A stretch of DNA of 32,000 nucleotides from an uncultured Eikenella sp. (GTDB lineage: Bacteria > Pseudomonadota > Gammaproteobacteria > Burkholderiales > Neisseriaceae): positions 1,382 through 33,381 of the forward strand of contig CAUPYH010000010.1 in the NCBI GenBank assembly GCA_963515595.1. Reading direction: 5' to 3'. How positions within the stretch are numbered: position 1 is the first letter of the stretch; every line of letters begins with the position of its first letter. A program made the position numbers and the translations under genes. Below are positions 1 to 9,263 of this stretch, in pieces. The notes beneath the pieces were generated by a model, which worked only from the letters and a program-made list of their open reading frames with translations, had not been told where the DNA came from and searched no databases.

Positions 1-49
1 GCCCCAGCTACCCGCCATCCATAGCGTTTACAAGCTTGCAGGTAGCCTC

Positions 50-1342
50 TCACGCCCGCATAGATTCAAACAATCGGAAATAATCGGGAAAGGTTTTGTT
101 CACGCATTGCGGGTCGTTGATATACACGGGCACGCCGAGCAGGGAAACCAGCGAGAAGCACATGGCCATGCGGTGGTCGTCGTAGGTGTCGATGCGGGCG
201 TTGGCGGCCAAGCGGGGCGGCGGGGTGATGTGGATGGCTTCGGCTTCCTCTTCCACCCGTGCGCCGAGTTTGCGCAGTTCGGCGGCCATGGCGGCGATGC
301 GGTCGGTTTCTTTCACGCGCCACGAACCGATGTTGCGCAGGCTGCAACGCGCGCCGGCGGCAAGCGCCACCACGGCCAAGGTCATTGCTGCGTCGGGGAT
401 GTGGTTGGCATCCAAATCGAAGGGGCGGATGCGCTGGCCGGGGCGGCGGGCTACCTGAATATAATTTTCGCCCCACTCCACGGCGGCGCCGATTTTTTCC
501 AGCTCGGCGGCAAACGCGGTGTCGCCCTGGATGCTGTGCCGCCCGATGCCGTACACGCGCACGGGGGTGGCGGCAAGCAGGCCGGCGGCGAGGAAATAGG
601 ATGCGCCGGAAGCATCGCCTTCCACATGGGGGGTGGCCGGGGCGTGGTAGCGGACGTTTTCAGGTAGCCTGAACAGGTGGTGGCTGTCGTGGGCTACCTG
701 AATGCCGAATTGCGCCATCAGTTTGAGCGTGATGTCGATATAGGGTTGGGAAATCAGCTCGCCCTGCACTTCGATTTCGTGCGCCCGGCCGGTGAGCGGC
801 AAGGCCATCAAAAGGGCGGTGAGGAATTGGCTGGACACGTTGCCGCGCACGGTAATGCGGCTCTGGCCGCCGACCTGCCGCTCGTTGATGTGCAGCGGCG
901 GATAGCCTTCCCGGCCTTCGTAGCGGATAGTTGCCCCGGCTTGACGTAGGGCATCGACCAAATCGCCGATGGGGCGTTCGTGCATCCGCGCCACGCCGTG
1001 CAGGCGGTAATCACCGCCAAGCAAGGCCAGCGCGGCGGTAAGTGGGCGGAAAGCGGTGCCGGCGTTGCCGAGGAACAAATCGGCCTGCCGCTGCGGAAAA
1101 CGGCCGCCGCAGCCGTGCACGGTGTAGCTGCCGCCGTCATGATGTTCGATGCGGACGCCGAGGCTTTGCAGCGCGGCAAGCATATGGCGGGTGTCGTCGG
1201 CATCGAGCAGGTTTTCAATGCGGCAGGCGTTGTCGGACAGGGCGGCCAACAGCAGGGTGCGGTTGCTGATGCTTTTGGAGCCGGGCAGCGTAATGGCGGT
1301 GGGGCGCAGGCTGGCGGCGGGGAGGTAGAGGGAATCGGTCAT
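50..1342 (-). CDS. aroA: 3-phosphoshikimate 1-carboxyvinyltransferase (EPSP synthase)
   Basis: 430-aa ORF of full family length. It has the [18 protein letters not shown] and [13 protein letters not shown] motifs typical of AroA. Confidence 0.95.
   Translation of the reverse strand: MTDSLYLPAASLRPTAITLPGSKSISNRTLLLAALSDNACRIENLLDADDTRHMLAALQSLGVRIEHHDGGSYTVHGCGGRFPQRQADLFLGNAGTAFRPLTAALALLGGDYRLHGVARMHERPIGDLVDALRQAGATIRYEGREGYPPLHINERQVGGQSRITVRGNVSSQFLTALLMALPLTGRAHEIEVQGELISQPYIDITLKLMAQFGIQVAHDSHHLFRLPENVRYHAPATPHVEGDASGASYFLAAGLLAATPVRVYGIGRHSIQGDTAFAAELEKIGAAVEWGENYIQVARRPGQRIRPFDLDANHIPDAAMTLAVVALAAGARCSLRNIGSWRVKETDRIAAMAAELRKLGARVEEEAEAIHITPPPRLAANARIDTYDDHRMAMCFSLVSLLGVPVYINDPQCVNKTFPDYFRLFESMRA
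659..670 (-). repeat. DUS (AGGCTACCTGAA), single copy inside aroA
   Basis: Exact 12-mer. Confidence 0.8.
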
Positions 1343-1412
1343 GATGGGATGGGCTTGGGATAGGGAAGGCTGGCTGCCAACAGGCAGCGGGTTTTATAGT
1401 GGGATGGCTGCT

Positions 1413-1448
1413 TTCAGGTAGCCTTTCGTGTTTGCCGGGCTACCTGAA
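1413..1448. terminator. inverted DUS pair, possible terminator after recN
   Basis: TTCAGGTAGCCT (1413-1424) faces GGGCTACCTGAA (1437-1448, 11/12). The pair lies 10 nt beyond the recN stop. Confidence 0.45.
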
Positions 1449-1457
1449 ACAAGCGCC

Positions 1458-3122
1458 CTACTCTGCTGCCGCCATTTCCAGCATTTCGGCGGCATGGCGG
1501 CGGGTGGTGTCGGTGAGGGTTTCGCCGCCGAGCATGCGGGCGATTTCTTCAACGCGCGCACTGCCTTCGAGCTCACGGATGGTGCTCACGGTTTGGCCGC
1601 CGCCGCTGTGTTTGCTCACCTGCCAATGCTGCGTGCCGCAGGCGGCCACTTGCGGCAGGTGGGTAACGGCGAGCACTTGGTGCTGCCGCCCCAACGTGCG
1701 CAGGGCGCGGCCGACGGTTTCGGCCACGCCACCGCCGATGCCGCTGTCTACTTCGTCAAAAATCAGGGTGGGAATCTGCGTGTATTGGCTGGCAGTTACC
1801 TGCAGAGCCAGGCTGATGCGGGCCAGTTCGCCGCCGGAGGCAACTTTGTTCAACGGCCGCAAAGGGCTGCCTTGGTTGGCGGCTACCTGAAACTGCACCT
1901 GCTCCAACCCGTATGCCTGCGCTTCGCACGGAATGAGCTCGATGTGGAAACGTGCGCCGCGCATGGAAAGCTGCTGCATGTGTTCGGTGGTTTCTTCGGC
2001 CAGTTTGGCGGCGGCCTGCTGCCTTTGGGTGGACAACTCGTGCGCAGGCTGCAAATAGGCGGCTTCGGCCAGGCGCACTTGTTCGCGCAATGCTTCGATG
2101 TCGGCGGCGGCTTCGGAATCGGCCAAATCCTGCTGCAGCTGTGCCAGGCGGGCAGGCAGCTCTTCGGGCTCGATGCGGTGGCGGCGGGCGGCAGACATCA
2201 GTTCGGCCATGCGCTCTTCCTGCGCGGCCAATTCGGCGGGGTTGATTTCGGCACGGGCGGCCACGCTGTGCATGTGGCTGCTGATTTCGCTCAGCTCGGC
2301 TTCGATGCTATCCAGCATTTCCAGGCTTTCGGCAAAACGCGGTTCGATGCCGGAGAGGCTTTCCAGCTGGCGGCGGCAGCGCCCGGCCAGGCTGTGCAGG
2401 CCGTTGTCGCCGTCGATGTGGGCGGCCACTTCTTCGGCTGCCTGCAACAGTTCGGCGGCGTGCGCTAGGCTGTCGTAGCTTTGCGAAAGCTGCGCCCATT
2501 CCCCTTCCACCGGGGCGAGTTTTTCCATTTCGCCCACCTGCCAGGCCAGCTGTTCGCGCTCTTCGGCCAACCGCTCGCCCTCAGCCTCGGCGGTGGCCAA
2601 ATCCTCCTGCGCCTGCCGCCATTGCCGATAAGCGGCTTGCACTTGTTCAGCCAAGGGTTTGCTGCCGGCAAACGCGTCCAGCAGATCGCGCTGCACGGCT
2701 TCACTGTTGAGCGAGTGGTGCGCACTTTGGCCGTGGATGTCCACCAGGCGGCTGCCGATTTGGCGCAGTTGAGCCAGGGTGGCGGCCTGATTGTTGATGA
2801 AGCTGCGGCTGCGGCCTTTGCTGTCGATGGTGCGGCGGATGGAAAGCTCAACTTCGTCTGTGCCGAGCAGGCCTTGTTCGCAGAGTTCGGCGCGCAATTC
2901 GGGCAGGTCGCTCAAATCGAACAGGGCGGAAAGCTGCGCTTCGGGGCAGCCGTGGCGGATTTGGCTGTAGTCGGCCTTATCGCCGAGCAACAGGCTGAGC
3001 GCATCCAGCGTAATGGATTTGCCGGCACCGGTTTCGCCGGTGAGCACGGTAAAACCGGGCTGGAAATCCAGATGGAGTTGCTCAACAATCACAAAATCGC
3101 GCAAAGAGAGGGCAAGCAGCAT
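1458..3122 (-). CDS. recN: DNA repair protein RecN
   Basis: 554-aa ORF. It has an N-terminal Walker A (GETGAGKSI), a long coiled-coil middle, a C-terminal SGGELARISLAL signature and Walker B LIFDEVDSGIGG. Confidence 0.95.
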   Translation of the reverse strand: MLLALSLRDFVIVEQLHLDFQPGFTVLTGETGAGKSITLDALSLLLGDKADYSQIRHGCPEAQLSALFDLSDLPELRAELCEQGLLGTDEVELSIRRTIDSKGRSRSFINNQAATLAQLRQIGSRLVDIHGQSAHHSLNSEAVQRDLLDAFAGSKPLAEQVQAAYRQWRQAQEDLATAEAEGERLAEEREQLAWQVGEMEKLAPVEGEWAQLSQSYDSLAHAAELLQAAEEVAAHIDGDNGLHSLAGRCRRQLESLSGIEPRFAESLEMLDSIEAELSEISSHMHSVAARAEINPAELAAQEERMAELMSAARRHRIEPEELPARLAQLQQDLADSEAAADIEALREQVRLAEAAYLQPAHELSTQRQQAAAKLAEETTEHMQQLSMRGARFHIELIPCEAQAYGLEQVQFQVAANQGSPLRPLNKVASGGELARISLALQVTASQYTQIPTLIFDEVDSGIGGGVAETVGRALRTLGRQHQVLAVTHLPQVAACGTQHWQVSKHSGGGQTVSTIRELEGSARVEEIARMLGGETLTDTTRRHAAEMLEMAAAE

Positions 3123-3161
3123 GGTGTTCTCGAAAGGGAAGGGTGAGGCGGATTATATAAC

Positions 3162-3212
3162 AGGCTACCTGAAAACCGAGAGGCTACCTGAAAACGGTTT
3201 TTCAGGTAGCCT
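3162..3212. terminator. DUS triplet with hairpin, possible terminator after ftsY
   Basis: Exact DUS at 3162-3173 and 3181-3192 (+) and at 3201-3212 (-). The last two form a 12-bp stem with an 8-nt loop. Confidence 0.5.
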
Positions 3213-3231
3213 TTTGCTGTGTATCTTGGGG

Positions 3232-4674
3232 TTACAGCAGTGCGTCTACAAATTCGCGGGCGTTGAACGGGCGCAAGTCGTCGATGCCTTCGCCCACGCC
3301 GATAAAGCGTACCGGCACGGGGCGGCGGCTGGCCAGCGCAGCTAGCACGCCGCCTTTGGCCGTGCCGTCGAGCTTGGTCACGATAAGGCCGGTAAGCCCC
3401 AGCGCGTCATCGAAGGCAATCACTTGGTTCACGGCATTCTGGCCGATATTGGCATCCAGCACCACCACGATTTCATGTGGCGCGTCGGGCATGGATTTTT
3501 GCAACACGCGCTTCACTTTTTTGATTTCTTCCATCAAATGGGTTTGCGTGGGCAGGCGGCCGGCGGTGTCGGCCAGCACGATGTCGATGCCGCGCGCTTT
3601 GGCGGCTTCCACGGCATCGAAACAGACGGCGGCAGAATCGCCGGAAGCTTGGGAAATCACGGTAACGCCGTTGCGCTCGCCCCATTCGGCCAGCTGCTCG
3701 CGGGCAGCGGCACGGAAAGTGTCGCCGGCAGCCAGCAGCACGCTTTTGCCCTGAGCTTGGAAATATTTGGCCAGCTTGCCGATGGAAGTGGTTTTGCCTG
3801 CGCCGTTGATGCCGGCGAGCATAATCACAAACGGCCGTTTGTCTACGGGCAAGTCCAGCGGCTGCTCCAACGGTTTAATCAGCTCGTAGATGGCCTCTTT
3901 CAATACGCTGCGCAGTTCTTCGCCGTCTTTCAGGCCGCGCAGGCTCACGCGTTGGCGCACTTCTTCCATCAGATGCTCGGTGGCTTCAATGCCCATATCG
4001 CTGGTGAGCAGCACGGTTTCCAGCTCTTCATACAGGTCTTCGTCTATCTTGCCGCCGCCAAACACACCAGCCAGCGACTTGGCCATTTGCTGGCGCGATT
4101 TGCTCAAGCCTTGCTTGAGGCGGGCGGCCCAGCCAAGCGAGGCCGGCTGCTCTGGAACTGGCTCGACAGCGGCTTTATGGATGTCGGTGCTTGATGGAGC
4201 AACTGATTCCGCAGCTGTCTGCTCACTGAATGCTGGCTCGTTGCCTGCCTGAGCATCAGAGTCGTGTTCATCAATCGAAGCAGCTGCTTCAGCTGTAGCA
4301 ACAGATGTTTCGCCCGCTACTTGCTCTACTACTTCTACAGCCGGCACGGCATCAGTGATTTCATCTGCCTGTGTTTTAACAAGGGATTGTTCCGCCAAAA
4401 CTTCCGGTTGTGCGAGAGATGCTTCAACGTCTGCCACTTCTGTGTTTGCGGTTTCGTGCACCAATGTTTCGGTAGCCAAATCAGTTAACTCCGACTCGGC
4501 CACAGCAATTTCAGCAGCAGGCGTTTGGGCAGCGGCTTGCTCTGCTATTTCTGAGGCAGCTTGCGTCGCAACCTCATCGGTTTGCACTGCTTCTTCAACC
4601 GCCTGTACCAACTCGGCTTCCTGTTGCGGGGATGTGGGTTGCGCTTTGCGCTTTCTAAAAAATCCAAAAACCAT
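3232..4674 (-). CDS. ftsY: signal recognition particle receptor FtsY
   Basis: C-terminal SRP-GTPase NG domain (GINGAGKTTSIGKLA, DTAGRL, TKLDGTAKGG) after an acidic A/E/T/V-rich A domain. I moved the start from 4779 to the ATG at 4672-4674 (MVFGFFRKRK), because the upstream 35 codons run through a DUS hairpin. Confidence 0.9.
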   Translation of the reverse strand: MVFGFFRKRKAQPTSPQQEAELVQAVEEAVQTDEVATQAASEIAEQAAAQTPAAEIAVAESELTDLATETLVHETANTEVADVEASLAQPEVLAEQSLVKTQADEITDAVPAVEVVEQVAGETSVATAEAAASIDEHDSDAQAGNEPAFSEQTAAESVAPSSTDIHKAAVEPVPEQPASLGWAARLKQGLSKSRQQMAKSLAGVFGGGKIDEDLYEELETVLLTSDMGIEATEHLMEEVRQRVSLRGLKDGEELRSVLKEAIYELIKPLEQPLDLPVDKRPFVIMLAGINGAGKTTSIGKLAKYFQAQGKSVLLAAGDTFRAAAREQLAEWGERNGVTVISQASGDSAAVCFDAVEAAKARGIDIVLADTAGRLPTQTHLMEEIKKVKRVLQKSMPDAPHEIVVVLDANIGQNAVNQVIAFDDALGLTGLIVTKLDGTAKGGVLAALASRRPVPVRFIGVGEGIDDLRPFNAREFVDALL

Positions 4675-4727
4675 CTGGTTGGTTATACTCCATAAACAAA
4701 CCGGTTTACTAACCGGCAATGGAACAA

Positions 4728-4767
4728 AGGCTACCTGAAACAGATTGGCTGTATTTTCAGGTAGCCT
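4728..4767. terminator. inverted DUS pair, possible terminator of the GTPase operon
   Basis: Exact DUS at 4728-4739 (+) and 4756-4767 (-), between the Roadblock gene stop (4802) and the ftsY start (4674). Confidence 0.5.
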
Positions 4768-4801
4768 GGCGTACGGCACTCAGTGCGTATTGGAGAGGCG
4801 T

Positions 4802-5170
4802 TTAGCTGCTTTCCAAATCCACAATGCTGCGAGCTGCACGGCGGGCATCGAGCAGAATTAGGCCCAATTTGGCGCTTTCGCGGGCGGTTACTACCAATAC
4901 GGTATCTTCACCGGCCTGAATCAGCAGGATATAGCCATCAGTGCCTTTCACAATCACCTGCTCCAATTCACCACACAGCAGCTCTTTGGTAGTACGGTTA
5001 CCCAAGGCCAGCAGAGCGGCAGACATCGCGCCCACGCGATCCGGGTCGATATTGCCATGGAGCATGGAAGCAATCGGCAAACCGTCACTAGAAATAACGG
5101 CGGAAGCGGTAATATCAACAGACGAACTGTTCAAATCGCTCAATACGGAAGAAACTAATTGTTGTTGCAT
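4802..5170 (-). CDS. Roadblock/LC7 (MglB/CvnB-like) domain protein
   Basis: About 122-127 aa, typical Roadblock size. The pattern is Roadblock-like (AVISSDGLPIASM ... AALLALG ... GYILLIQAGEDTVLVVTA). The start is either the ATG at 5170 or a TTG at 5185. It is the last gene of the 5-gene operon. Confidence 0.8.
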   Translation of the reverse strand: MQQQLVSSVLSDLNSSSVDITASAVISSDGLPIASMLHGNIDPDRVGAMSAALLALGNRTTKELLCGELEQVIVKGTDGYILLIQAGEDTVLVVTARESAKLGLILLDARRAARSIVDLESS

Positions 5171-5193
5171 ATCGTGTTTTCCCAATAATTTAA

Positions 5194-5853
5194 TCAGAAT
5201 GTTTCAATTTGGTTCGCAGAATCAACGATTTGATACAGCGCCCGCACCAAAGACACAAATTCGTCTTTATGCAGCTGCGGCACGCCGCCGGTCACCAGGA
5301 TAAATTTCAAATCACCGATATACAGCGGGAAGAAGGTCAGCTCACTCTGTCCTGACGGATCGCAAATGCCCACCGCGTTGTGGTAGATGTTCAGGTTATT
5401 CTTAATCAGAAGACTGTGCTGTTCATACAAACGCACTGCCTCACTAGCCAGCACAGCGATTTCTTCGGCAGCTTCGTGGTTGAAACCGGAGCTGGAGAAA
5501 TAGAAACCGTCTTGATCCACCAACAATGCTTTTTGCACATCAGAAAGGTGCATCAGGATATTGGGCAGGCCGGTACCGCTGAGCAAATCGGTTTTCTTGT
5601 CCGGCTTGTCTTCTCCATACAAAAATTCCAAACGCTGCATGCGATACAACAAGTTGAGTGCGGCATCAATATCGTTGGTTTGCGCCCAGCGCAATACGTT
5701 TTCACGGCTAACGGTTTCCTGCTCACCGGCTTGCAAAATACCGCCCAGCAGAGTACGGCTAGCGCTTTGGCCTTTATTGGAAACCGCATAATATGCACCG
5801 GCAGGAGTTACTCGTGGGTATAGATTAGGCTGCAAAAGTAGTGTCGAATCCAT
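5194..5853 (-). CDS. hypothetical protein with a Roadblock-like C-terminal half
   Basis: 219-aa ORF, 2 nt downstream of the GTPase gene stop and 8 nt upstream of the Roadblock gene. The C-terminal segment ALLVDQDGFYFSSSGFNHEAAEEIAVLASEAV resembles the Roadblock beta-alpha pattern. The domain call is by eye only. Confidence 0.6.
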   Translation of the reverse strand: MDSTLLLQPNLYPRVTPAGAYYAVSNKGQSASRTLLGGILQAGEQETVSRENVLRWAQTNDIDAALNLLYRMQRLEFLYGEDKPDKKTDLLSGTGLPNILMHLSDVQKALLVDQDGFYFSSSGFNHEAAEEIAVLASEAVRLYEQHSLLIKNNLNIYHNAVGICDPSGQSELTFFPLYIGDLKFILVTGGVPQLHKDEFVSLVRALYQIVDSANQIETF

Positions 5854-5855
5854 TT

Positions 5856-6392
5856 TTATACCTCTAAACCAGGATCAATTGAATACAGCATAGCTGTAAC
5901 CAGCTGTTTCACATCGTTTTCATTACGAGCATCAATTTCAAATACTGGCACGTTCATGCCGTATTGCAACAGATATTTCTGGTATACCTCGATACCCGGC
6001 GTGGCTTTCAAATCCATCTTGGTTACACCAACAACCACAGGGGCGGTTTTGAGCAAATCGCTGAATGAATCCAAGAAGAACTTCAGATCTTTCAAAGGAT
6101 TGGAACGGGTATTATCCAGCAACAACACCAAGCCCATACTACCTTGACTCAGAATATCCCACATGAAATCAAAGCGTTCCTGCCCAGGCGTACCGTACAA
6201 ATGCACTTTAGTTTTTTCATCCAAGTGAATCACGCCGTAGTCCATGGCCACGGTGGTGTGGCTTTTCATGGAGGTCGTCATATCAGATGCACGGGCATCG
6301 GTCTTGATCGGCGGGTCGTCCGACAGTGCAGCAATAGCGGTAGTTTTCCCCACGCCGACCGGGCCTGTAAAAATAATCTTATTCTCTGCCAT
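5856..6392 (-). CDS. small Ras-like GTPase, CvnD/MglA-like (COG2229-type)
   Basis: 178 aa. G1 is GPVGVGKTT, switch I is TTVAMDYG, G3 is LYGTPGQERF (the Asp of DxxG is replaced, as in MglA/CvnD-type proteins) and G4 is the variant VTKMD. An AAGGAA RBS lies upstream. Confidence 0.85.
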   Translation of the reverse strand: MAENKIIFTGPVGVGKTTAIAALSDDPPIKTDARASDMTTSMKSHTTVAMDYGVIHLDEKTKVHLYGTPGQERFDFMWDILSQGSMGLVLLLDNTRSNPLKDLKFFLDSFSDLLKTAPVVVGVTKMDLKATPGIEVYQKYLLQYGMNVPVFEIDARNENDVKQLVTAMLYSIDPGLEV

Positions 6393-6403
6393 GTTATATT
6401 CCT

Positions 6404-7531
6404 TTATCGGCCAATAATTTTATTCATCAAACGTTGTAGCAGTCCGCGTTGTTTCGGTACTTCTTCATCGCCATTATCTTCATGCGCTCTGGCATGAACT
6501 CTCTCCGGACGCTGTATAGTTTGCGTTTGGGCGGCAGCCCTAGCTTGCCCTGCTCCAGTAGTTTGAGGCTCAGCTTGTCCAGCTGATTCCACAATCAGAT
6601 GGTCGGTAACATAGACTGCAGTAAGATAATCAGCCAAATCTTTGTTATCGATAAGCATCAGCTTGTGCAGGATAGTCAGGCTACCTGAAGCCTTGGTTAA
6701 GAAGGCAGATAGGCGCATTGATTCGGCAAGCGGTGCCAAACGGGTCAGGTTTGGCCAGTTGCGAACTTTGAATACTGTATTTTTGTTGATGACTTTGGGG
6801 AAACGGCCATTACCTGTCCAAATAGCCAGCTGCCACAAGCAAGCGCTGATGGAGAGTTTGGCCTTAGCCTTCAAATGTTCTTCTGTTATGACTCGTGTCT
6901 GCAAATCAACAAATTTTTGCTCACACAAAGATTGGAGTGTTTCAGAATCGGTTGCCAGCAACACTTTCTGAACAGAAGGGAACACCAACAGCACAGGCTT
7001 GCCATTGTGCATTACTGCCACATCGTTATCCTGCTTGGCTGCTTTGCGCACTTCGCCCAGCAAGCCGCTGTCTTCATCAAAATGTTCGATGGTAATATTG
7101 GCTGAATGAGATTGTGTGGCTGCTAGTTCAGTCTCTTGTGTGGCCTGTCTAGAAACAGGAACCGCTGAGCCACCACTACTACTAGCTACCCAAATACCAT
7201 TACCCTGTTGCAAGTTCTTCAAGTTCAAAAACAGAGTATCAAACTTAATTGGTTTAGCCAAATAAGGAGCGGTTACCGGAGGCGGAGAACTGGAGAAATA
7301 CACCACTTTCGCATCTGGAAACTGGGTTTTCGCATCTTTCCAAATCTCTACATCGGTATCGGCATCGGCCAACACCATATCCGGCTGAATGCCCTGCTCC
7401 ACCGTAACCAGTTCATAATTGGTGATGCCGTGCATTTTGAATGCCATGCGGAACATCGCATATTGGCGCTCATCCATGCCCAACAGCATAATGTGAACCG
7501 TCTTCACTTGGGGGATTGCGTTATTAGTCAT
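6404..7531 (-). CDS. receiver (REC)-like domain protein with an uncharacterised C-terminal domain
   Basis: 375 aa. The N-terminal ~110 aa follow the REC layout (HIMLLGMDE ... PDMVLADAD ... VVYFSSS ... LAKPIKFDTL). No output domain is recognisable. The start is 3 nt after the upstream gene's stop. Confidence 0.65.
   Translation of the reverse strand: MTNNAIPQVKTVHIMLLGMDERQYAMFRMAFKMHGITNYELVTVEQGIQPDMVLADADTDVEIWKDAKTQFPDAKVVYFSSSPPPVTAPYLAKPIKFDTLFLNLKNLQQGNGIWVASSSGGSAVPVSRQATQETELAATQSHSANITIEHFDEDSGLLGEVRKAAKQDNDVAVMHNGKPVLLVFPSVQKVLLATDSETLQSLCEQKFVDLQTRVITEEHLKAKAKLSISACLWQLAIWTGNGRFPKVINKNTVFKVRNWPNLTRLAPLAESMRLSAFLTKASGSLTILHKLMLIDNKDLADYLTAVYVTDHLIVESAGQAEPQTTGAGQARAAAQTQTIQRPERVHARAHEDNGDEEVPKQRGLLQRLMNKIIGR
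6678..6689 (+). repeat. DUS, the only copy inside the GTPase operon
   Basis: Exact 12-mer. Confidence 0.8.
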
Positions 7532-7534
7532 TTA

Positions 7535-9043
7535 TTATGTCCGAACAGAACCGTAGTTGATTTTCTGTAGCAACTGGCTCATTGCCAATACTACCTCCTC
7601 TGGCGGATGCTGGATATTGGCACGTACCTTATGCAATACCTGCTCCAAGCGCTCCCACTCTTCCGCACGTTCGCAAATATCGAACAGCGTGATATACAGC
7701 TGCGATTCGCTGGGGTATTCCAAAATTGATTCTTCCAGCAAATTCATTGCTTCATCCAACTGACCGTACATCAACAACGATTCGACATCACGCAACACTT
7801 TTTCTGCCGGCGTCTGTTTTACGCTGACATCATCAGTACGCGTTCTAATAAGAGGCTTGCGGTGCGCTTTTTGGGTACTGGTGCCACGATCTAAGAAACC
7901 GTTGGCAATCCCGATTTCGCGCAATTGAGCCTCATTCGGATTAGCTTCCAACTGAGTAAAGATAGGGTGTTCACCCAAGTTGAGACCCCAGCCCAGCATC
8001 CTTTCCTTCACTTGGCGGCCATACTGGCCTAATGTGTAGTAGAGCTGCCAAAGATGTTGGGCAAATCGGTCGATATTTTGATTTTTATAATCCAAACTCA
8101 GCGCATCAATAATCAATGCAGCCGGTTTGTTAGCCTGGCGGATGGCCTTATTGGCATAGCTGACTGCCGCATCATAGGCCAATCTATCCTTCATCAGGCG
8201 ATAGCCTGACTCAGGCTCCATAAAGCCCATCAGAGCGGCTTTTTCTTCATCGTGCACAAGAATAGCACCAGCATATTTGGAGTTGGTCACCAACTCCTTG
8301 CGAGTCTTGACTGACGCCAAATCTGCCACTTTCTGCTCGTTCTCGGCTTCTGCAACTGCACGACGGCTTTTCTGTTTGGTCTGCTTGCTTTGTGCCGGAG
8401 CATCCAATCCGCTGCGTTCGCCGATTTCGGCAGAGGTTTGCTGCACACCCCAGCCCAGCACTTCTTCAGCCAACACGCGTAGATTAAGGTTGTTTTTATC
8501 GACAGCCAAACCTTGTTTGATGTAGTCCTCAGTTTGTGCTTTGGTGAGCAGGTTGCCGAACTGGCGCAAAGTTTCAGCCAACTCGTCCGGCTTTTTAGCA
8601 TCTAGCCACAGTTGCACCAGCTCATTAACCAAGGTGCTGCGCATACCGTCGCTCACCGCTGCCGAGCCGGAAGTTAGATATTGAGACAGCGATTCGGCTG
8701 CTTTTTCATGATAACCAAATTGCTTATAGACTTTATATTCCGTGAGCGCATCAACTTCCTGCGCCACATTGACTGCTGCTTCTTCCGCTTCCACATCAGG
8801 CACAGCTTCCCAACCCCAGTCTTCACTCACCTCAACCTCTTCAGGCTCAGATGGCGAAACTGCTGCAGCCTGGCGAACAGCTGCCGGCGCTGACTTTTTG
8901 CTGCCTGATCGGGCAGCAGCGCGTTTACCTCTGCCTTTTTTCTCTTCATCAACAGCGGCTTTTGCCTGTTGTTTTTGGCGGCGCTGCACAAAAATCAAGC
9001 CTGCCAAAACCACCAATAGCGGAACTAGAATCGTCAGATCCAT
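7535..9043 (-). CDS. membrane-anchored protein with a TPR-like/FimV-C-terminus-like region
   Basis: 502 aa. It has an N-terminal TM helix (LTILVPLLVVLAGLIFV), a K/A-rich then acidic linker, and helical repeats ending LMYGQLDEAMNLLEESILEYP...LFDICERAEEWERLEQVL. A GGAGG RBS precedes it. It is the first gene of the operon. Confidence 0.7.
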   Translation of the reverse strand: MDLTILVPLLVVLAGLIFVQRRQKQQAKAAVDEEKKGRGKRAAARSGSKKSAPAAVRQAAAVSPSEPEEVEVSEDWGWEAVPDVEAEEAAVNVAQEVDALTEYKVYKQFGYHEKAAESLSQYLTSGSAAVSDGMRSTLVNELVQLWLDAKKPDELAETLRQFGNLLTKAQTEDYIKQGLAVDKNNLNLRVLAEEVLGWGVQQTSAEIGERSGLDAPAQSKQTKQKSRRAVAEAENEQKVADLASVKTRKELVTNSKYAGAILVHDEEKAALMGFMEPESGYRLMKDRLAYDAAVSYANKAIRQANKPAALIIDALSLDYKNQNIDRFAQHLWQLYYTLGQYGRQVKERMLGWGLNLGEHPIFTQLEANPNEAQLREIGIANGFLDRGTSTQKAHRKPLIRTRTDDVSVKQTPAEKVLRDVESLLMYGQLDEAMNLLEESILEYPSESQLYITLFDICERAEEWERLEQVLHKVRANIQHPPEEVVLAMSQLLQKINYGSVRT

Positions 9044-9141
9044 TTATCCCACCCTCCCTAAACATAATTGAATGAAAAAAATATTCATCCTACTTCTCTT
9101 AACATCTTTCCAAACACAAATGTCGGAAATTTAGCCTAAAG

Positions 9142-9169
9142 TATATATTAATTTACACGTTCTATTCAA
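9142..9169 (-). promoter_or_regulatory. candidate sigma70-type promoter for the GTPase operon
   Basis: On the minus strand: TTGAAT, 16 nt, TATATA. It lies in a 220-bp AT-rich gap upstream of the 502-aa gene. Sequence pattern only. Confidence 0.25.
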
Positions 9170-9263
9170 ACGGATTAATGAAACTCTCCGCTAAAAAGAA
9201 AGAGATTACACACTAACAGCATATCTTTTTCTCTGCCTAGCAGGTAATAATTGATGGGCAATT

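Noticed and set aside
3760-4674. The long acidic, Ala/Glu/Thr/Val-rich N-terminal half of FtsY, considered as an unusual low-complexity insertion.
   Set aside because: A variable acidic A-domain is a normal feature of proteobacterial FtsY. Nothing here goes beyond that.
4675-4779. An N-terminal extension of ftsY (ORF-track start at 4779).
   Set aside because: The extra 35 codons read straight through the inverted DUS pair at 4728-4767. The internal ATG at 4674 gives the expected FtsY-like basic start (MVFGFFRKRK).
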